Source: Candidatus Altiarchaeota archaeon | Lineage (GTDB): Archaea; SpSt-1190 | Direction of reading: 5' to 3' | Length of the DNA: 40,257 nt | Assembly: GCA_018220955.1 (NCBI GenBank) | Contig: JAAOXV010000013.1 | Location: 1 to 40,257 of the forward strand | Part shown: piece by piece, positions 38,438 to 40,257 of the stretch | Position numbering within the stretch: position 1 is the stretch's first letter | Layout of the letters: the number at the start of each line of letters is the position of its first letter | The notes under the pieces: model-generated | Told to the model about the DNA's origin: nothing | Databases searched by the model: none | What the model saw: only the letters and a program-made list of their open reading frames with translations | Translations under genes and position numbers: made by a program

Positions 38438-40257
38438 GTGAAAAGATATGAGAGGCAGACAGGTTTGATAGACCAGAAAAAGTTGGCTGGCTCAAAAATA
38501 GTTATAGCTGGGCTTGGCGGACTTGGCTCGCCAGCTGCACTTTATTTGGCAGCTGCTGGTATTGGCGAGCTAGTTTTAATCGACCATGATAAACTGGAAG
38601 AGTCAAACTTGAACCGTCAGATTTTGTATTCAGAAAATCAAATTGGCGAGAAAAAGGTTAAGCTAGCTAAGCAAAGATTATTAGACCTTAATTCAAGCAT
38701 CAAGATAACTATACTTGACAAGATACCGGCAAAAATTGACGCAGATGTATTTCTTGATTGTCTTGATAATTGGACAGCCAGAAAGAAATTTTGGAAGCTT
38801 GCGCTTGAGTCAGGTGTCCTTGTTCACGGTGCTGTCGAACACGACAAAGGCGAGCTGGCGGTTATTATAGACAAAAAAAGTGCAGAACTGATTCTTAAAA
38901 AACAGAAGTCGGGCTGTCAGCGTATCCTTGGACCTGCAGTAGGTACAATCGGTTCAATGATGGCACTCAAGACACTTGAAATTCTTAAGAAAAAGCCGGC
39001 CAGCTCATATTTTCTTAGCTTTGATGGAAACGAGATTTCCAGATATCCAATCAATACTAGCTTAACCGTGCCAGACTGGGATATGATAATAGTCAGGTAT
39101 TCTGAAATCTGGACTAAGAGTGATATGACCAAGAGAAAAATGGAGCTAAAGCTTATCGACAATCTCAGAAAGGCAGTGCCAGATGCTAAAATCACACGAT
39201 TGCATGGTAGAATCTTGATTGAACCATATTCAGAAAACTTGCTTAAGTCAGCTGCCCAGGTCTTTGGTGTAAAATCTGTTAGTCCAGTCATCAAGCTTGG
39301 ACACGCAGAGTTTGAATCAGAGCTAACCAGACTTATTCCTATATTGGTTCCTGTCAATACCAGCTTTCGCATCACAGCCAATCGAGCTTGGAAGCAGTAT
39401 GCCACAAGCTCAACCGAGCTCAATAAACGATTTGGCCAACTTGTGCTTGAGCTTGTTGAGGGTGTAAGAGTTGATTTGACTTCAGCTCAGTTGAATTTGG
39501 AAATAGAGGTCAACAAGAACTCGGTTTTTGTTTTTACTGATAGGCGTGATGGACCGGGTGGACTTCCGCTTGGTGTTGGTGGTAAGCTACTTTTGCTCTT
39601 TTCTGGCGGACTTGATTCTCCGGTAGCTGCATACTTACTTGCAAAACGCGGAGTTGAGTCAGACCTACTGTTTTTGAATCCTCTTAGTGATGTGTTAGAA
39701 TCCAAGGTTTCTAATGTATATCATTCAATGAAATCCTGGTTGCCAGAAGCTCAGATGTTTGTGATAGACACAGCTAGCGCGGTTGACCAGATAAAACAAA
39801 AAGTGAACGAAGGCGAAAGACAAACTGTTCTGAAGAGACTATTATACCGAATAGCTGAAAGAGTTGCACTTGAACAAGGATATGACGCAATCGCTACAGG
39901 CGAGAGCCTTGGTCAAGCATCTTCACAAACACTTCAAAGCTTGGCAGTTATTCAACAAGCAATCAGCACAACTGTTATCAGACCTTTGATTGGGTTTAAC
40001 AAAAATGAGACTATTAGATTGGCAAAACAGATTGGAACCTATGATGTTAGCTCAGCTATTGAGGAGTTCTGCTCACTGGAATCCCACTCGAACGCATCAC
40101 CTGAAATAGCAGAGACGCTTAGACAGGAGACTAAGCTAGAGTTTGATATCGAACAACTTAGTGGGTCAATAAGAAAAGCAAAAAATGCCCCGGTCCCTGA
40201 CCTTAAGCCTGAAAGTATGACTGGACTTGAGCTTGTGAGGTTATGGGAAGGAATGCC
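38438..40257 (+). CDS. thiI: Fusion of ThiF/MoeB/UbaA E1-like domain and ThiI tRNA 4-thiouridine synthase (3' truncated by window)
   Basis: Hand-translated with no stop over 606 codons. E1 motifs: RYERQ, GLGGLGS, SNLNRQ, DCLDN. ThiI motifs: IIVRYSEIWTKS, VFGV, GPGGLPLG, SGGLDS, TGESLGQASSQT, RPLIG, IGTY, EEFC. Confidence 0.92.
   Translation, partial: MKRYERQTGLIDQKKLAGSKIVIAGLGGLGSPAALYLAAAGIGELVLIDHDKLEESNLNRQILYSENQIGEKKVKLAKQRLLDLNSSIKITILDKIPAKIDADVFLDCLDNWTARKKFWKLALESGVLVHGAVEHDKGELAVIIDKKSAELILKKQKSGCQRILGPAVGTIGSMMALKTLEILKKKPASSYFLSFDGNEISRYPINTSLTVPDWDMIIVRYSEIWTKSDMTKRKMELKLIDNLRKAVPDAKITRLHGRILIEPYSENLLKSAAQVFGVKSVSPVIKLGHAEFESELTRLIPILVPVNTSFRITANRAWKQYATSSTELNKRFGQLVLELVEGVRVDLTSAQLNLEIEVNKNSVFVFTDRRDGPGGLPLGVGGKLLLLFSGGLDSPVAAYLLAKRGVESDLLFLNPLSDVLESKVSNVYHSMKSWLPEAQMFVIDTASAVDQIKQKVNEGERQTVLKRLLYRIAERVALEQGYDAIATGESLGQASSQTLQSLAVIQQAISTTVIRPLIGFNKNETIRLAKQIGTYDVSSAIEEFCSLESHSNASPEIAETLRQETKLEFDIEQLSGSIRKAKNAPVPDLKPESMTGLELVRLWEGM

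Noticed and set aside
38917-39705. Minus-strand track ORFs 38917..39423 and 39487..39705
   Set aside because: Antisense to the ThiF-ThiI fusion frame.

Overview
Archaeal chromosomal DNA with very tight gene packing and many overlaps; shortened proteins and gene content suggest a small-genome DPANN-like lineage (inference). Left 11 kb: the end of dph5, then a minus-strand type IV pilus (T4P)-like operon with a secretion ATPase, a double-domain TadC/ArlJ-like platform and 17 small N-terminally hydrophobic proteins. Several of these have class III signal peptides, many are Cys-rich, and three were missed by the ORF track. Next is an S-layer gene with a structured leader, then housekeeping genes (rpl10e, kae1, GT2, ASCH, PCNA, RPA-like, rimK, hef, scpA/B, truncated NFACT, slyD, ftsZ-secE-spt5-rpl11, an AT-rich thrS lacking the editing domain, dtdA, rtcB). 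The best candidate for a new system is at the right edge and is absent from the ORF track: one uninterrupted frame (38438 to window end, >=606 codons) fuses an E1-like ThiF/MoeB/UbaA domain to a ThiI tRNA 4-thiouridine synthase. No tRNA, rRNA, CRISPR array or mobile element was recognised.
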